Shown: positions 20,908-30,745 of the stretch, in pieces
How positions within the stretch are numbered: the first letter of the stretch is position 1
Layout: each line of letters begins with the position of its first letter
NCBI GenBank assembly: GCA_011839185.1
Contig: GCA_011839185.1_3918.1
Source of the DNA: a phage
Length of the DNA: 64,000 bases
Direction: 5' to 3' (one strand)
Notes under the pieces: generated by a model
Told to the model about the DNA's origin: nothing
Seen by the model: the letters and a program-made list of their open reading frames with translations, nothing else
Database searches by the model: none
Made by a program: the position numbers and the translations under genes

Positions 20908-21977
20908 TTAACCAACACCCAATCTTTTTAGGTGGTGAGAGAAAGACATTTGACTCACTTAACAAGCACTACCCAAAAATCTTTGAGCTATATAAACAAC
21001 AAAAAGCGCAAGACTGGTCAGAAGATGAGTTCCCTTTTGAACAATCACGTCTTGATTTTGAGAGTGTGCCAGCATCAATGTCAGGTGTAATGCTTGAGAT
21101 TCTTAAGTGGCAGTGGGAAGCAGATACCCAAGTTGCTAAGAGTTTAGCGTTTGCTTTTGCACCATTCATCTCTGATGACATTTATGCAACTGCAATTATG
21201 AAGCAGTCTGAGATTGAAAACTTACATGCTCTGACTTACTCAGAGATTGTAAGGCAATGTATTAAAAACCCTGAAACAATCTTAGATGAGATTAACCAGA
21301 ACATTGCTGTACAAGACCGATTAAAAACTGTGAATCGTGTTCTTGAAGAATTGCTGGATGAAGGTATAAACTATCGACTGAGTTATGTCCGTGACTCACT
21401 TCTGGACAAAGACCCTTTACACTTCCATAAAGTGATTCTGAAAGGTCTATTTGCAGTGACTGCACTGGAAGGTATATCTTTTATGGCATCCTTTGCATGT
21501 ACTTTTGCACTTGATGCTCAAGATAAATTTCAGGGTATTGCTCAAGCTGTTCAGAAAATTATGCTTGATGAAATCCTTCACACTAAAATTGATATTGAAG
21601 TTTTAAAAGAAACTTTAAGAGACGATGAGTGGCAAAAAGCTTTCCAACAAATTCTTCCAGAGATTAAAGTAATCTTAGATGAAGTAGTTGAAAGCGAAGA
21701 AAAATGGTCGTATTATATCTTCTCCGAAGGACGTGCTGTAGTTGGTTTAAATACAAAGCTTCTCCATGAGTGGGTTTACTATAATGCTGCCCCACTGTAT
21801 GATATGTTTGGCATTCCCAGAGATTTTGTAGCTCCTAAAGAACCACCTCTGAAGTATATGATTAAGAAGATGGAAATTGATAAAGAGCAGAATGCTAATC
21901 AGGAGCAACAGAACGGCGCGTATTTATTGAATACTGTTGTAGATGATTTGAATAGTGGATTTTTAGAGGTTCCTTAA
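20904..21977 (+). CDS. nrdB: ribonucleoside-diphosphate reductase small subunit (class I beta)
   Basis: 357 aa ORF directly after nrdA; size and context. Confidence 0.75.
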   Translation: MINQHPIFLGGERKTFDSLNKHYPKIFELYKQQKAQDWSEDEFPFEQSRLDFESVPASMSGVMLEILKWQWEADTQVAKSLAFAFAPFISDDIYATAIMKQSEIENLHALTYSEIVRQCIKNPETILDEINQNIAVQDRLKTVNRVLEELLDEGINYRLSYVRDSLLDKDPLHFHKVILKGLFAVTALEGISFMASFACTFALDAQDKFQGIAQAVQKIMLDEILHTKIDIEVLKETLRDDEWQKAFQQILPEIKVILDEVVESEEKWSYYIFSEGRAVVGLNTKLLHEWVYYNAAPLYDMFGIPRDFVAPKEPPLKYMIKKMEIDKEQNANQEQQNGAYLLNTVVDDLNSGFLEVP

Positions 21978-22219
21978 TGACTTATGTAATTTACTCCAAA
22001 ACTGGATGCCCTCAGTGTGAGACTGCAAAGAATTTTGCAAAAGCTCGTGGTATTGACCATGTTGTGAGAATGTTAGGGCAGGACTATGAACTGTCAGACC
22101 TGATGGATATTGCACAGATGCCAGTTCGTCAGATGCCATTCATCATGAAAACTGATGGTCAAAATCTAAAACCTGTTGGGACGCTACAGAATTTTATGGT
22201 AGAGGTGAATAATGCTTAA
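21977..22219 (+). CDS. nrdH: glutaredoxin-like protein (NrdH-type redoxin)
   Basis: 80 aa with CPQC redox motif near N-terminus; start overlaps nrdB stop. Confidence 0.7.
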   Translation: MTYVIYSKTGCPQCETAKNFAKARGIDHVVRMLGQDYELSDLMDIAQMPVRQMPFIMKTDGQNLKPVGTLQNFMVEVNNA

Positions 22220-22418
22220 ACGCCTTTGGGAAGGTTTGGTTGTTGATGCACCAGCCATTGTGATTGGTATGCTTGTTGTTAACCTATTTACTGATTTTGA
22301 ACAAGGTTCATTGTTTGGAGCCATGCTATTATGGGTTATCTTTGAAATATTAGAGATACAGCTAGGCATCACTGAAAAACTAAGAAAACTCGTTTCAAAG
22401 TTTTCTAAAAAGATTTAA
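22212..22418 (+). CDS. small hydrophobic protein (68 aa)
   Basis: Hydrophobic segment PAIVIGMLVVNLF. Confidence 0.3.
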   Translation: MLKRLWEGLVVDAPAIVIGMLVVNLFTDFEQGSLFGAMLLWVIFEILEIQLGITEKLRKLVSKFSKKI

Positions 22419-22423
22419 AATGA

Positions 22424-22447
22424 AAGGGTCTCTTCGGAGACCTTTTT
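22424..22447 (+). terminator. rho-independent terminator
   Basis: GGGTCTC TTCG GAGACC followed by TTTTT. Confidence 0.5.
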
Positions 22448-22466
22448 AGCATGTAAAGGGGCAATA

Positions 22467-24611
22467 ATGAACAAAGTACAGATTATTAAAAAGAATGGCT
22501 CACTTGAAGAACCTGATATCAAAAAAGTTTTAGCAGCAGTAACTAAGTCAGCTAACAGGGTTGGGTATAAAGAACTTCCACCAGATGTTACCCAAGCTCT
22601 TGAGTCAGCATTCATGAGGATTCTGGTGAAGTCCACTAAGCAGAATAATTTGCTCATCTCGGTAAATGACATTCACAGTATTGTTGAGGGTGCTTTGGCA
22701 GAAGTCAATCACGAGATTTACGAGTCTTACTCAACATATAGAAATTACCGTAAAGAGGTTGCTCAAAATTGGGATGAGCTTTACCAAAAGACTAGAGACA
22801 CACTCTTCTTAGGTGACCGTGAAAATGCCAACTTTGACAGCAGTTTAATTTCTACAAAAGGTTCAATTATTCGTGGTTATCTGACTAAAGAAATCTTTAA
22901 ACAATACCATTTAACACCAGAGGAACTTGAAGCCATTGAAAAAGGGTTTATCTACATCCATGACTTAAGAGACTTAATTTTTGGTGGTATTAACTGCTGC
23001 TTGTTTGACATTGGTAAAGTACTGAAAGGTGGCTTTGAAATGTCTGGCATCGAATATTGTGAACCGAAGTCTGTGCTGTCGGCCTTACAAGTTATTGGTG
23101 ACGTAGTTCTTTCAGCAACTGCACAGCAATTTGGTGGCTTTACTTTAGCAGAGATTGACAAGGTACTTGTACCGTATGCTAAGAAGTCTCTACGCTATCA
23201 TGCTGAGAAAGCAACATCTTATGGTATTCCTAAAGAACATTACCATAATTATGTCATGGAGCAGTTACAGATTGAATTAACTCAAGGTTTCCAATCACTT
23301 GAAATGAAGCTAAACACTGTACCTTGCAGCCGTGGTGATTTCGCATTCACAACTTTAACATTTGGTTTACTTGACTCAGATATGTCTAATGAAGACAACC
23401 GATTACAATACATGATTGCAAGTACTCTCCTAGATGTTCGTATGAATGGACAAGGGAAGAGCAAGAAGCCTGTTGTATTTCCTAAACTGGTTTATATTTA
23501 TGACCAGAAGAGGCATGATGAAAATATCTGTCAAGGTCAACTGTACAGTAAAGCCATTGAGTGTTGCTCTAAAGCAATGTATCCAGATTTCTTAAGTGTA
23601 TCTGGTCATGGTGCTGTAGCAGAGGCTTTTGAGCGTTCTGGCAAGGTAATTTCACCGATGGGTTGCAGAGCCTTCTTATCTCCATATCTTAATGAGGATG
23701 GAGAAGAGTTCTATGTTGGTCGTGCTAATATTGGTGCTGTATCTTTGAACTTACCAATGATTTATCAGTACGCCAAAGAGAATGGTTTAGATTTCTGGAA
23801 AGAGCTTGATAAGTACCTAGAGATGATTCGCAGCTTCCACAAGAAACGCTACGAAATGATTGCTAATATGCCAGCAAGTTCTAACCCTCTTGCATTCACA
23901 CAAGGTGGTCTGTACAAAGGAACTAAGAAACCTACTGACAAGGTTGGTTGGGATATTGTGAAGTCCTTCACAGCTTCTTTTGGGGTTACTGCGCTTGATG
24001 AGTTATCTGTTCTTGCTGAGGGTAAACGACTTCATGAAGTTGGAAGCTATAGTTTTGCATACGATGTTCTGGCATACATCAACATGAAAACTGAAGAGTT
24101 TAAAAACGAAGATGGCTTCTTATATGCCGTCTATGGTACTCCAGCAGAATCACTTTGTGGAACTCAACTAAAACAGTTCAGAGATATGCTTGGCGTTATT
24201 AAAGGTGTTTCTGACAAGGAATACTTCACAAACAGTTTTCATATGAATGTTGCAGCAGACATCTCACCATTTGAGAAGCAGGACTTAGAAGAGCCATTCT
24301 TCCATATCTGTAGAGGTGGCAGAATCCAGTATGTAAGGGTGGCTAACCCAGAAAACTTATCAGCACTTAAAAGCTGTATTACAAGAGGCATGTTGAAAGG
24401 TTTTTATCAGGGACTTAACTTTGACTTAGCAATCTGTGAGCATTGTGGTAACAGGCCAAAGGCTGATGTTGAAGAATGTGAAGTTTGTCACTCACATGAT
24501 ATCTCTGTGATTAACAGGGTGTGTGGGTATCTTGGATGGACTAAGATTAAAGGTGAATCCCGAATGAACGATGCAAAAATCGCTGAGATTCGTGATAGAG
24601 TCTCTATGTAA
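22467..24611 (+). CDS. nrdD: anaerobic ribonucleoside-triphosphate reductase (class III)
   Basis: 714 aa; C-terminal CEHCG...CEVCH Zn site and glycyl-radical motif RVCGYLG. Confidence 0.9.
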   Translation: MNKVQIIKKNGSLEEPDIKKVLAAVTKSANRVGYKELPPDVTQALESAFMRILVKSTKQNNLLISVNDIHSIVEGALAEVNHEIYESYSTYRNYRKEVAQNWDELYQKTRDTLFLGDRENANFDSSLISTKGSIIRGYLTKEIFKQYHLTPEELEAIEKGFIYIHDLRDLIFGGINCCLFDIGKVLKGGFEMSGIEYCEPKSVLSALQVIGDVVLSATAQQFGGFTLAEIDKVLVPYAKKSLRYHAEKATSYGIPKEHYHNYVMEQLQIELTQGFQSLEMKLNTVPCSRGDFAFTTLTFGLLDSDMSNEDNRLQYMIASTLLDVRMNGQGKSKKPVVFPKLVYIYDQKRHDENICQGQLYSKAIECCSKAMYPDFLSVSGHGAVAEAFERSGKVISPMGCRAFLSPYLNEDGEEFYVGRANIGAVSLNLPMIYQYAKENGLDFWKELDKYLEMIRSFHKKRYEMIANMPASSNPLAFTQGGLYKGTKKPTDKVGWDIVKSFTASFGVTALDELSVLAEGKRLHEVGSYSFAYDVLAYINMKTEEFKNEDGFLYAVYGTPAESLCGTQLKQFRDMLGVIKGVSDKEYFTNSFHMNVAADISPFEKQDLEEPFFHICRGGRIQYVRVANPENLSALKSCITRGMLKGFYQGLNFDLAICEHCGNRPKADVEECEVCHSHDISVINRVCGYLGWTKIKGESRMNDAKIAEIRDRVSM

Positions 24612-24614
24612 AAC

Positions 24615-24643
24615 TTGACAAGGTGATGTGGGTCTTGATAGGC
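24615..24643 (+). promoter_or_regulatory. promoter candidate sharing the ACTTGACAAGGTG box
   Basis: TTGACAAGGTG box also present at 9357 and 54254; -10 weak. Confidence 0.3.
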
Positions 24644-24765
24644 TTACATCACCTTTTTTATTGGATGTTAGATATGACAGATAGTATTATTGGGTTGTTC
24701 ATAGGTTCTGTCTTACTAGGGTTCTTTTTAGGACTCTCTTATTGTGAATTGAGAGATAAGTTAAA

Positions 24766-24966
24766 ATGTTTAAGATATCAAAAGCGTTGATATACATACT
24801 CCACATTCTAATCTTCTTCTTTGGTGTTAGCGTTATGGTATGGGGTTTTTCAGACCCACAATGGAGTTTCTCATATCATGGTCAGATGGATTTATGGCCA
24901 TGCTTCAAACCATTTTTAGGATTAGCTATAGCATTCAGTACATTACCAACTAAGGTGAAATTATGA
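24766..24966 (+). CDS. small membrane protein (66 aa)
   Basis: Hydrophobic helix ILHILIFFFGVSVMVWGF. Confidence 0.3.
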   Translation: MFKISKALIYILHILIFFFGVSVMVWGFSDPQWSFSYHGQMDLWPCFKPFLGLAIAFSTLPTKVKL

Positions 24967-25358
24967 TTAAGTTAAGCCAAAAACAGTTAGAGTGGATTAA
25001 AGATTATGCCTCAGAGTGTGGCTCTTGTGAAAAGAATCACGTAAGATACTCAACATTCCACACGGTCTTCACATTGTATATTGGCGACAATGTTCTAAGT
25101 GATTCTGTAGAAGATGGTGTAGCATTGCCTAATGAATTGCTTGACAAATTAGCTGTAGTCACTGGAACTTGGTCTGAAGAAGACGGTCATGAACTATCTA
25201 ACGATGTTGTCTTCTACAGTCTTGAAAACATCATGAATCCAGAGTACATTATGCTAATGACTTGCGCACAAGATTGTGTACCATTACAAAACTTCATTAA
25301 AGAGCACTGTGAAGAATTTATTACTAAACAGGTTCCTTGTCAGGTGGTGTTTGAATGA
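24963..25358 (+). CDS. hypothetical protein (131 aa)
   Basis: ORF only. Confidence 0.4.
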   Translation: MIKLSQKQLEWIKDYASECGSCEKNHVRYSTFHTVFTLYIGDNVLSDSVEDGVALPNELLDKLAVVTGTWSEEDGHELSNDVVFYSLENIMNPEYIMLMTCAQDCVPLQNFIKEHCEEFITKQVPCQVVFE

Positions 25359-25417
25359 GTAAAACAATTCGAAGAAAAGGTTTAAAGAACGTTTATATTT
25401 ATTGGTGAGGTAACTAG

Positions 25418-25903
25418 ATGAATTACATGGAGATTAGACCATTTGACACAGCTAATGGTGAAGGGGTTCGTGTAAGCCTCTTCGTAGCTGGTTGTAAGCA
25501 TCACTGCGAAGGCTGCTTTAACAGGGAGTCTTGGAAGTTTAATGCTGGTAAAGAGTTTACTTATGCAAACCTCTACGGTATCATTAAGTTAATGGATGAT
25601 GAGGCCATCAGTGGGTTGTCAATACTCGGTGGAGAGCCTCTGGATGATAGAAATATTCAAGAGGTTACCAACATATGCAAGCGTATTAAAACTGTTTATC
25701 CAGAAAAGTCTATATGGCTTTGGACAGGTTTTCAACTGCACGAAAAAATTCACCTAGATGTGATGAAATATGTTGACGTGGTGATTGATGGTAAGTATGA
25801 TTCATCTAAACCAACAGTTAAACCATATCGTGGTTCTGATAACCAAAACCTCTGGAGAAAAGAGTATGGGTGGCAAGGCGATTGTCAGTGGAGAGCCGAG
25901 TAA
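25418..25903 (+). CDS. nrdG: anaerobic ribonucleotide reductase activating protein (radical SAM)
   Basis: CKHHCEGC (Cx3Cx2C) cluster motif; lies downstream of nrdD. Confidence 0.8.
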   Translation: MNYMEIRPFDTANGEGVRVSLFVAGCKHHCEGCFNRESWKFNAGKEFTYANLYGIIKLMDDEAISGLSILGGEPLDDRNIQEVTNICKRIKTVYPEKSIWLWTGFQLHEKIHLDVMKYVDVVIDGKYDSSKPTVKPYRGSDNQNLWRKEYGWQGDCQWRAE

Positions 25904-26027
25904 GTCTCGTTGTAAAGTAGGTTATCGGTAAAGGCCACTTTACAATGTTCTACAGAACAAACTTAACCGTTGGTGTCACTGAAGAAGAACTTAAAACATT
26001 TTGTGAAAAGATTGAGAGAGATATGAA

Positions 26028-26285
26028 ATGGGACTCTGGAATAGTTTTAAATCAAAAGTAAAAGCCGCACTAGCTTCATTAGGTATGCTCACTGGGGTTG
26101 ATGTGACTCATCTTATGCAGAACTTTAAGATGGATGAGAAGCTGGCTAATGAGATTATGGAAAGTATCTATGTAGGCCGTGGCAAAGGTGGTAAGAAACA
26201 AGCCCACCGTCCGTCTGGTGCAGCAGCTATTAAACGAGCAGCTAAGAAAGCTCGTAACCGTAAACGTAATAAGAAGGCTAAATAA
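26028..26285 (+). CDS. hypothetical basic protein (85 aa)
   Basis: Lysine/arginine-rich C-terminus. Confidence 0.35.
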   Translation: MGLWNSFKSKVKAALASLGMLTGVDVTHLMQNFKMDEKLANEIMESIYVGRGKGGKKQAHRPSGAAAIKRAAKKARNRKRNKKAK

Positions 26286-26287
26286 TC

Positions 26288-26608
26288 ATGAGCAAAGTTT
26301 ATAACACTCGCAAATTACAGATTTTCGTACTGTGCCAGTTTATGGCTAAAGAATACAACTTCTACTATTGTGGTACAGGTTTTATTAGTGATGATGATGG
26401 CTCATACCTTCCATTCAAAGAAGCTGTGAAGCTCTTTAATGAAGAGGAAAGCTCTAAGAAAGATATTGAAAAGGTGAAACTGACCTACAGCAAGAAAGAT
26501 AAGAAGATTATCTGCCTAGATAACTTTGTAAAAGTTACTGGAAAAGCAAAAGAGCTTATGGATGAGAGTGAGATTCCATTCACAAGCCTCTTGAAAGTAG
26601 CTCAGTAA
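26288..26608 (+). CDS. hypothetical protein (106 aa)
   Basis: ORF only. Confidence 0.4.
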   Translation: MSKVYNTRKLQIFVLCQFMAKEYNFYYCGTGFISDDDGSYLPFKEAVKLFNEEESSKKDIEKVKLTYSKKDKKIICLDNFVKVTGKAKELMDESEIPFTSLLKVAQ

Positions 26609-26621
26609 GCAGATACTATAA

Positions 26622-26650
26622 GGGAACTGTAAAGGTTCCCTTTTTATTTT
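26622..26650 (+). terminator. rho-independent terminator
   Basis: GGGAAC..GTTCCC hairpin then TTTTTATTTT. Confidence 0.55.
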
Positions 26651-26659
26651 GGAGATAGT

Positions 26660-27175
26660 ATGTACCTGTCAAATCTGAAACGTTCTGCTGCAATGTCAGT
26701 GTTAAGACTCAGTTTTGAGGAACGTCAAGAGTTCATTGACTCCCACCAATACGACCCTTCCAACTCCAATCACATGATTCTCTGGAATCGTGAGAGTACT
26801 CGTGAAAGAGCATTATTTCGATATTACCCACACTACACCATAGATAATCTGTATGAATGTTTTGTTGTGAAGAACACCATTACAGTACTCAATAAACTTT
26901 GCAGATACACAGGCAGTCAATCCTTCACATTAGGTCATCACAAACCTGTTACAAAAGGTGGTGAACATCACTGTGCAAACTGGTTTATCCAAACTAAAGC
27001 TGATAACCAGAAGCAAGGAGATAGCCTCCTAAGTATCCCTAAGATGACCTATGAAGAGCAAGAGAAATATATCAAAAATAATATGCCAGATGTGCTTGAC
27101 AACAACTATACAGATTTGGCAATATCTCTCCTGTTGAAGTTCGAGACAGTTTATAGGGCAACTTATAATGGCTAA
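26660..27175 (+). mobile_element. HNH endonuclease (free-standing)
   Basis: HHKPVTKGGEHHCANWFIQTKADNQKQGD resembles an HNH motif. Confidence 0.55.
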
Positions 27176-27446
27176 AGAAAAGTGGGAGATTTTACCATTA
27201 GTCAGTGAAGGAGGTAATGGTTGTGAAATGTACATGATACGTGGTCATGTTCCAGAGCCAATTGCACTTGAGATGGTAAACAACTTTACAGATGGTTCTT
27301 ACAAAGACTTAGGCGAACCAACTGTCAAGCAACAATGGGTTAAACCTGTACCAGACAGCACAGGTAACTGTAGTGTACTTTATCACGTTGTAGACCCTGC
27401 AAAATGCAAATCTGCAATGGCAGTAACAAACGTAACTTTTGATTGA
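27168..27446 (+). CDS. hypothetical protein (92 aa)
   Basis: ORF only. Confidence 0.4.
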   Translation: MAKEKWEILPLVSEGGNGCEMYMIRGHVPEPIALEMVNNFTDGSYKDLGEPTVKQQWVKPVPDSTGNCSVLYHVVDPAKCKSAMAVTNVTFD

Positions 27447-27461
27447 GAGAGAGAGAAAACT

Positions 27462-28343
27462 ATGAAAACAACTATCCGAGTTCTGCTTAATGCTAATACT
27501 AAAGGTAGCATTCAAGAAGTCTTTAACATTATCCAATTCCCGTCTGGTGAGATTGGTGGCAACTTCTCCGAAGACTTTGTTGGATTTGCTGAAAAATTTG
27601 CTGGACAGATTGATAATGCTTTCTTCGCAGTGCAAGGCTATGACAAAGATACGCTATTTGCATTAGCTCTGGCTAAAGAGGCAGTTGATAAATTGGTTCC
27701 TCAAGGTTCAGCTACGAAGACAGTTGTTTTTGGATTCTTACCAAACGCACGTTATGACCGTCACATGTTTAAAGGTGATGCAGCAGCCCTTAAGGTATTT
27801 GCTAATTTGGTAAATGCAATGGAGTTTGATGCAGTATGTGCTTTGGACACTCACAGTAACGTTGCAGAAAACCTTTTCAAGTGCTTCCACAACTTACCTC
27901 AGAAAGAGTTTGCAGCACACTTTGCAAGTGACCCTCGCATTGATTACTTGGTAGCTCCAGATGCAGGTGCAGCTAAGAAGACTGAAGAGACTGCTAAAGA
28001 GGTTGACAAGCCTTACATTACAATGGCAAAAGTTCGCAACCTGAAAACTGGTGAAATCACTGGTATGCGACTTCTCGATGATGTAGACTTAACTGGTAAA
28101 ACCGTCATGATTCTTGATGATATTTGTGATGGTGGTCGAACATTCGTAGAGGCTGCAAAGTGTCTTCGTGAAGCTGGAGCAGAACGTGTGGAACTGTATG
28201 TGACACATGGTATTTTCTCTAAAGGTGTCCAGAACCTTCTTTACAATGGTATTGACCATGTTTATACTACAAACTCTTTAGGAAATGCTGAAGACCGTGG
28301 GTTATCACATTTCAACAAAGTAACTGTAGCAAACCTTGATTAA
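27462..28343 (+). CDS. ribose-phosphate pyrophosphokinase (PRPP synthetase) family protein; candidate ADPR-PP synthetase of a NARP1-type pathway
   Basis: PRTase-type PRPP-binding motif VMILDDICDGGRT; size and layout of Prs family; adjacent to Nampt-family gene. Confidence 0.75.
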   Translation: MKTTIRVLLNANTKGSIQEVFNIIQFPSGEIGGNFSEDFVGFAEKFAGQIDNAFFAVQGYDKDTLFALALAKEAVDKLVPQGSATKTVVFGFLPNARYDRHMFKGDAAALKVFANLVNAMEFDAVCALDTHSNVAENLFKCFHNLPQKEFAAHFASDPRIDYLVAPDAGAAKKTEETAKEVDKPYITMAKVRNLKTGEITGMRLLDDVDLTGKTVMILDDICDGGRTFVEAAKCLREAGAERVELYVTHGIFSKGVQNLLYNGIDHVYTTNSLGNAEDRGLSHFNKVTVANLD

Positions 28344-28352
28344 AACTTTATA

Positions 28353-28374
28353 GGGGCTTTTAAGCCCCATTTTG
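28353..28374 (+). terminator. short hairpin between the two NAD-salvage genes
   Basis: GGGGCTTTTAAGCCCC then ATTTT. Confidence 0.35.
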
Positions 28375-28388
28375 AGAGAGATTAAAAG

Positions 28389-30170
28389 ATGACTAAATCA
28401 CTTTATGCAGTACCAGCAGGTTTAAACGCAGATGCTTACAAATCTGGTCACATTTACCAGTATCCTAGTGCAACAGAATACTTGATGTTCAACCTAACAC
28501 CACGTAGTGACAAATGGTTTAACAGCCCTTTAGCAATTGACGGTGTAGTGGCTTTTGGTATTCAACGTTTTGTTAAAGATTACCTGATAGACCACTGGAA
28601 CGCCACCTTCTTTGAACGTGACAAAAAAGAAGCAATTGATGAAATCTTAGAAGTCATGAACGGTGTTCTGGGTAAAGATGCTATTGGTCGAGAGCATTGG
28701 GAAGCACTCCATGACTTAGGTTATCTACCAGTTGAAGTATACGCTGTAGAAGAAGGCACAGTTGTCCCTATGCGTGTACCAATTATTGTCTTCCAGAACA
28801 CTGTTTCAGGTTTCCATTGGGTAGCGGGGTATCTTGAAGATGCTTTCTCTGCTGAGATTTGGAAGGCTTGTACCATTGCAACTATTGCATTGCACTACAA
28901 ACGTATCTGTAAGAAGTGGGCTGACCTTACTTGTGACAACGACTTGCATTTACCTTATCAGTGCCATGACTTTGCTATGCGTGGTATGTCCGGCTTTACT
29001 GATGACGCATTTAACGCTGTAGGACACTTAACCAGCTTTAAAGGAACTGATAGTTTCCCTGCTGTGTATACAGCTAAACGCATCTATGGGCAGTCCTACC
29101 CAATCTCTGATATTGGTAGTTCTGTACCAGCCACTGAACACTCTGTAATGTGTGCAAACATTGCTTGGGAAGGTGGTAATGAATTGATTGAAGAAGAAAG
29201 ACGCTTCAAAGGTGAGTTGCAAACCTTCCGTCGCTTCTTAACAGAGACTTACCCGACTGGTATTGCAAGTATTGTTTCAGACACTTATAACTTCTGGAGA
29301 ACTGTGTCAGAAATCTTGCCAGCACTTCGCAAAGAGATTATGGAACGTGACGGTAAACTGGTAATTCGTCCTGACTCTGGAGACCCTGTACATATTGTCA
29401 CAGGTTATAAAGCAATCCACTTAGAGTGTGCTAAAAAGGCTTATTATGAACACCTAAGCAAGCTGGAAGCCAGTGACACAATGCTGAATGCTGTTCTGAA
29501 CATGAAGCTTGAGAATATCAACTATGGTATTGCTGGATGGCTACTGTCAGAAGGCTATGAAATGGTTGTTGACAGAGAAGACTTTGAAGTTGCTGATACA
29601 GTGATGTTGAAAAATGCTTATATGGTTGGTTCTGCAAACGTTGTAACACGTCCTGTAGCAGAGATTGATGGGGCCATTAAGACCCTGTATAACATCTTTG
29701 GAGGAACTATCAACTCTAAAGGGTTTAAGGTACTGGATGAGCACATTGGACTTATCTATGGTGACTCTATCACGTTGGAACGTGCAAACGAAATCCTGAA
29801 GCGTTTGTATGAAATGGGTTTTGCAAGTTCTAACGTAGTGTTTGGTGTAGGTTCTTACACTTACCAGTACATGACTCGTGACACCTTTGCATTTGCTGTC
29901 AAAGCAACTCTTGCGAGCATTGGTGGTAAAGAGATTATGCTTGCAAAAGACCCTAAAACAGATAGTGGTATTAAGAAGTCTGCTTTTGGTGGTGTAGCCC
30001 CTATGTGGGATGGTGAGAACCTGAAAGCTGTAGATGGCTATGGATTCCAGAGTTTTGCAGATGCACTTGAACACCCAGCTTGTGCTTTACGTCTAGTCTT
30101 TAGCGACTCTGAGCAGTTCGGCTACACAACTCTTGGCGATATTCGAAATAATATTGACAAGCAGCTTTAA
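28389..30170 (+). CDS. nicotinamide phosphoribosyltransferase family protein (Nampt/NadV-like; candidate Namat)
   Basis: Matches to Nampt motifs as recalled: NADAYKSGH, HDFAMRGMSGF...FKGTDS, VPATEHSVM, IRPDSGDP. Confidence 0.85.
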   Translation: MTKSLYAVPAGLNADAYKSGHIYQYPSATEYLMFNLTPRSDKWFNSPLAIDGVVAFGIQRFVKDYLIDHWNATFFERDKKEAIDEILEVMNGVLGKDAIGREHWEALHDLGYLPVEVYAVEEGTVVPMRVPIIVFQNTVSGFHWVAGYLEDAFSAEIWKACTIATIALHYKRICKKWADLTCDNDLHLPYQCHDFAMRGMSGFTDDAFNAVGHLTSFKGTDSFPAVYTAKRIYGQSYPISDIGSSVPATEHSVMCANIAWEGGNELIEEERRFKGELQTFRRFLTETYPTGIASIVSDTYNFWRTVSEILPALRKEIMERDGKLVIRPDSGDPVHIVTGYKAIHLECAKKAYYEHLSKLEASDTMLNAVLNMKLENINYGIAGWLLSEGYEMVVDREDFEVADTVMLKNAYMVGSANVVTRPVAEIDGAIKTLYNIFGGTINSKGFKVLDEHIGLIYGDSITLERANEILKRLYEMGFASSNVVFGVGSYTYQYMTRDTFAFAVKATLASIGGKEIMLAKDPKTDSGIKKSAFGGVAPMWDGENLKAVDGYGFQSFADALEHPACALRLVFSDSEQFGYTTLGDIRNNIDKQL

Positions 30171-30182
30171 AAGTATATGATA

Positions 30183-30208
30183 AGAGGCTCCTACGGGAGC
30201 CTTTTTAA
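30183..30208 (+). terminator. rho-independent terminator
   Basis: AGGCTCC TACG GGAGCCT followed by TTTTT. Confidence 0.55.
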
Positions 30209-30223
30209 TTTCTGGAGAAGATT

Positions 30224-30559
30224 ATGAAAATCAAAGAAATGAACATCAATATTGTCTTAGAAGAACGCTGGGAGAACATCAAGAAGCCTGAAAATGGTCA
30301 TAAGTTCCTCAACAAAATCTTAGTAGCAGCTAAAGAAGAACTGACTGGCAAGATTGCAGCAGCAGTCACAATAAAAGTTTGTGTAAAAGGTCTTCCAGAC
30401 AACCACCAATTTGCGCTTGACGAGTTTAAAAAAAGCTTCTACAATCCAAACAAACAGATGCTTGAAAGTAACTTTGCAGTATCTACAAGTATCGTCCATG
30501 ACAGAAGCTTTATCCTTTACAAAAATATGAGAGGTGAGTCATGCAAGCATATTGGATAG
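30224..30559 (+). CDS. hypothetical protein (111 aa)
   Basis: ORF only. Confidence 0.4.
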   Translation: MKIKEMNINIVLEERWENIKKPENGHKFLNKILVAAKEELTGKIAAAVTIKVCVKGLPDNHQFALDEFKKSFYNPNKQMLESNFAVSTSIVHDRSFILYKNMRGESCKHIG

Positions 30560-30745
30560 AAATTTTACTGTCACTTGGTAGCGTAGCAGTATTTGTTTAC
30601 CTTCTTTGCAAGTACTATGCAGAGTACAAGAAGTGTGATTACTGCAATGGGGAAGGGTATACAAGAGCAGGTTGTTGCCCTATGTGTGGTGGTTCTGGTA
30701 AAATGTTTAATAAGTAATTTAACAGTAAACTAAGAGGAAAGTATT

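Noticed and set aside
27462-30170. NARP2-type (Nampt plus NMN adenylyltransferase) interpretation of the NAD module
   Set aside because: No ORF with an NMNAT-like (H/T)xGH nucleotidyltransferase motif or Nudix box was seen within several kb on either side; the partner gene is Prs-like instead. Not excluded for the rest of the genome
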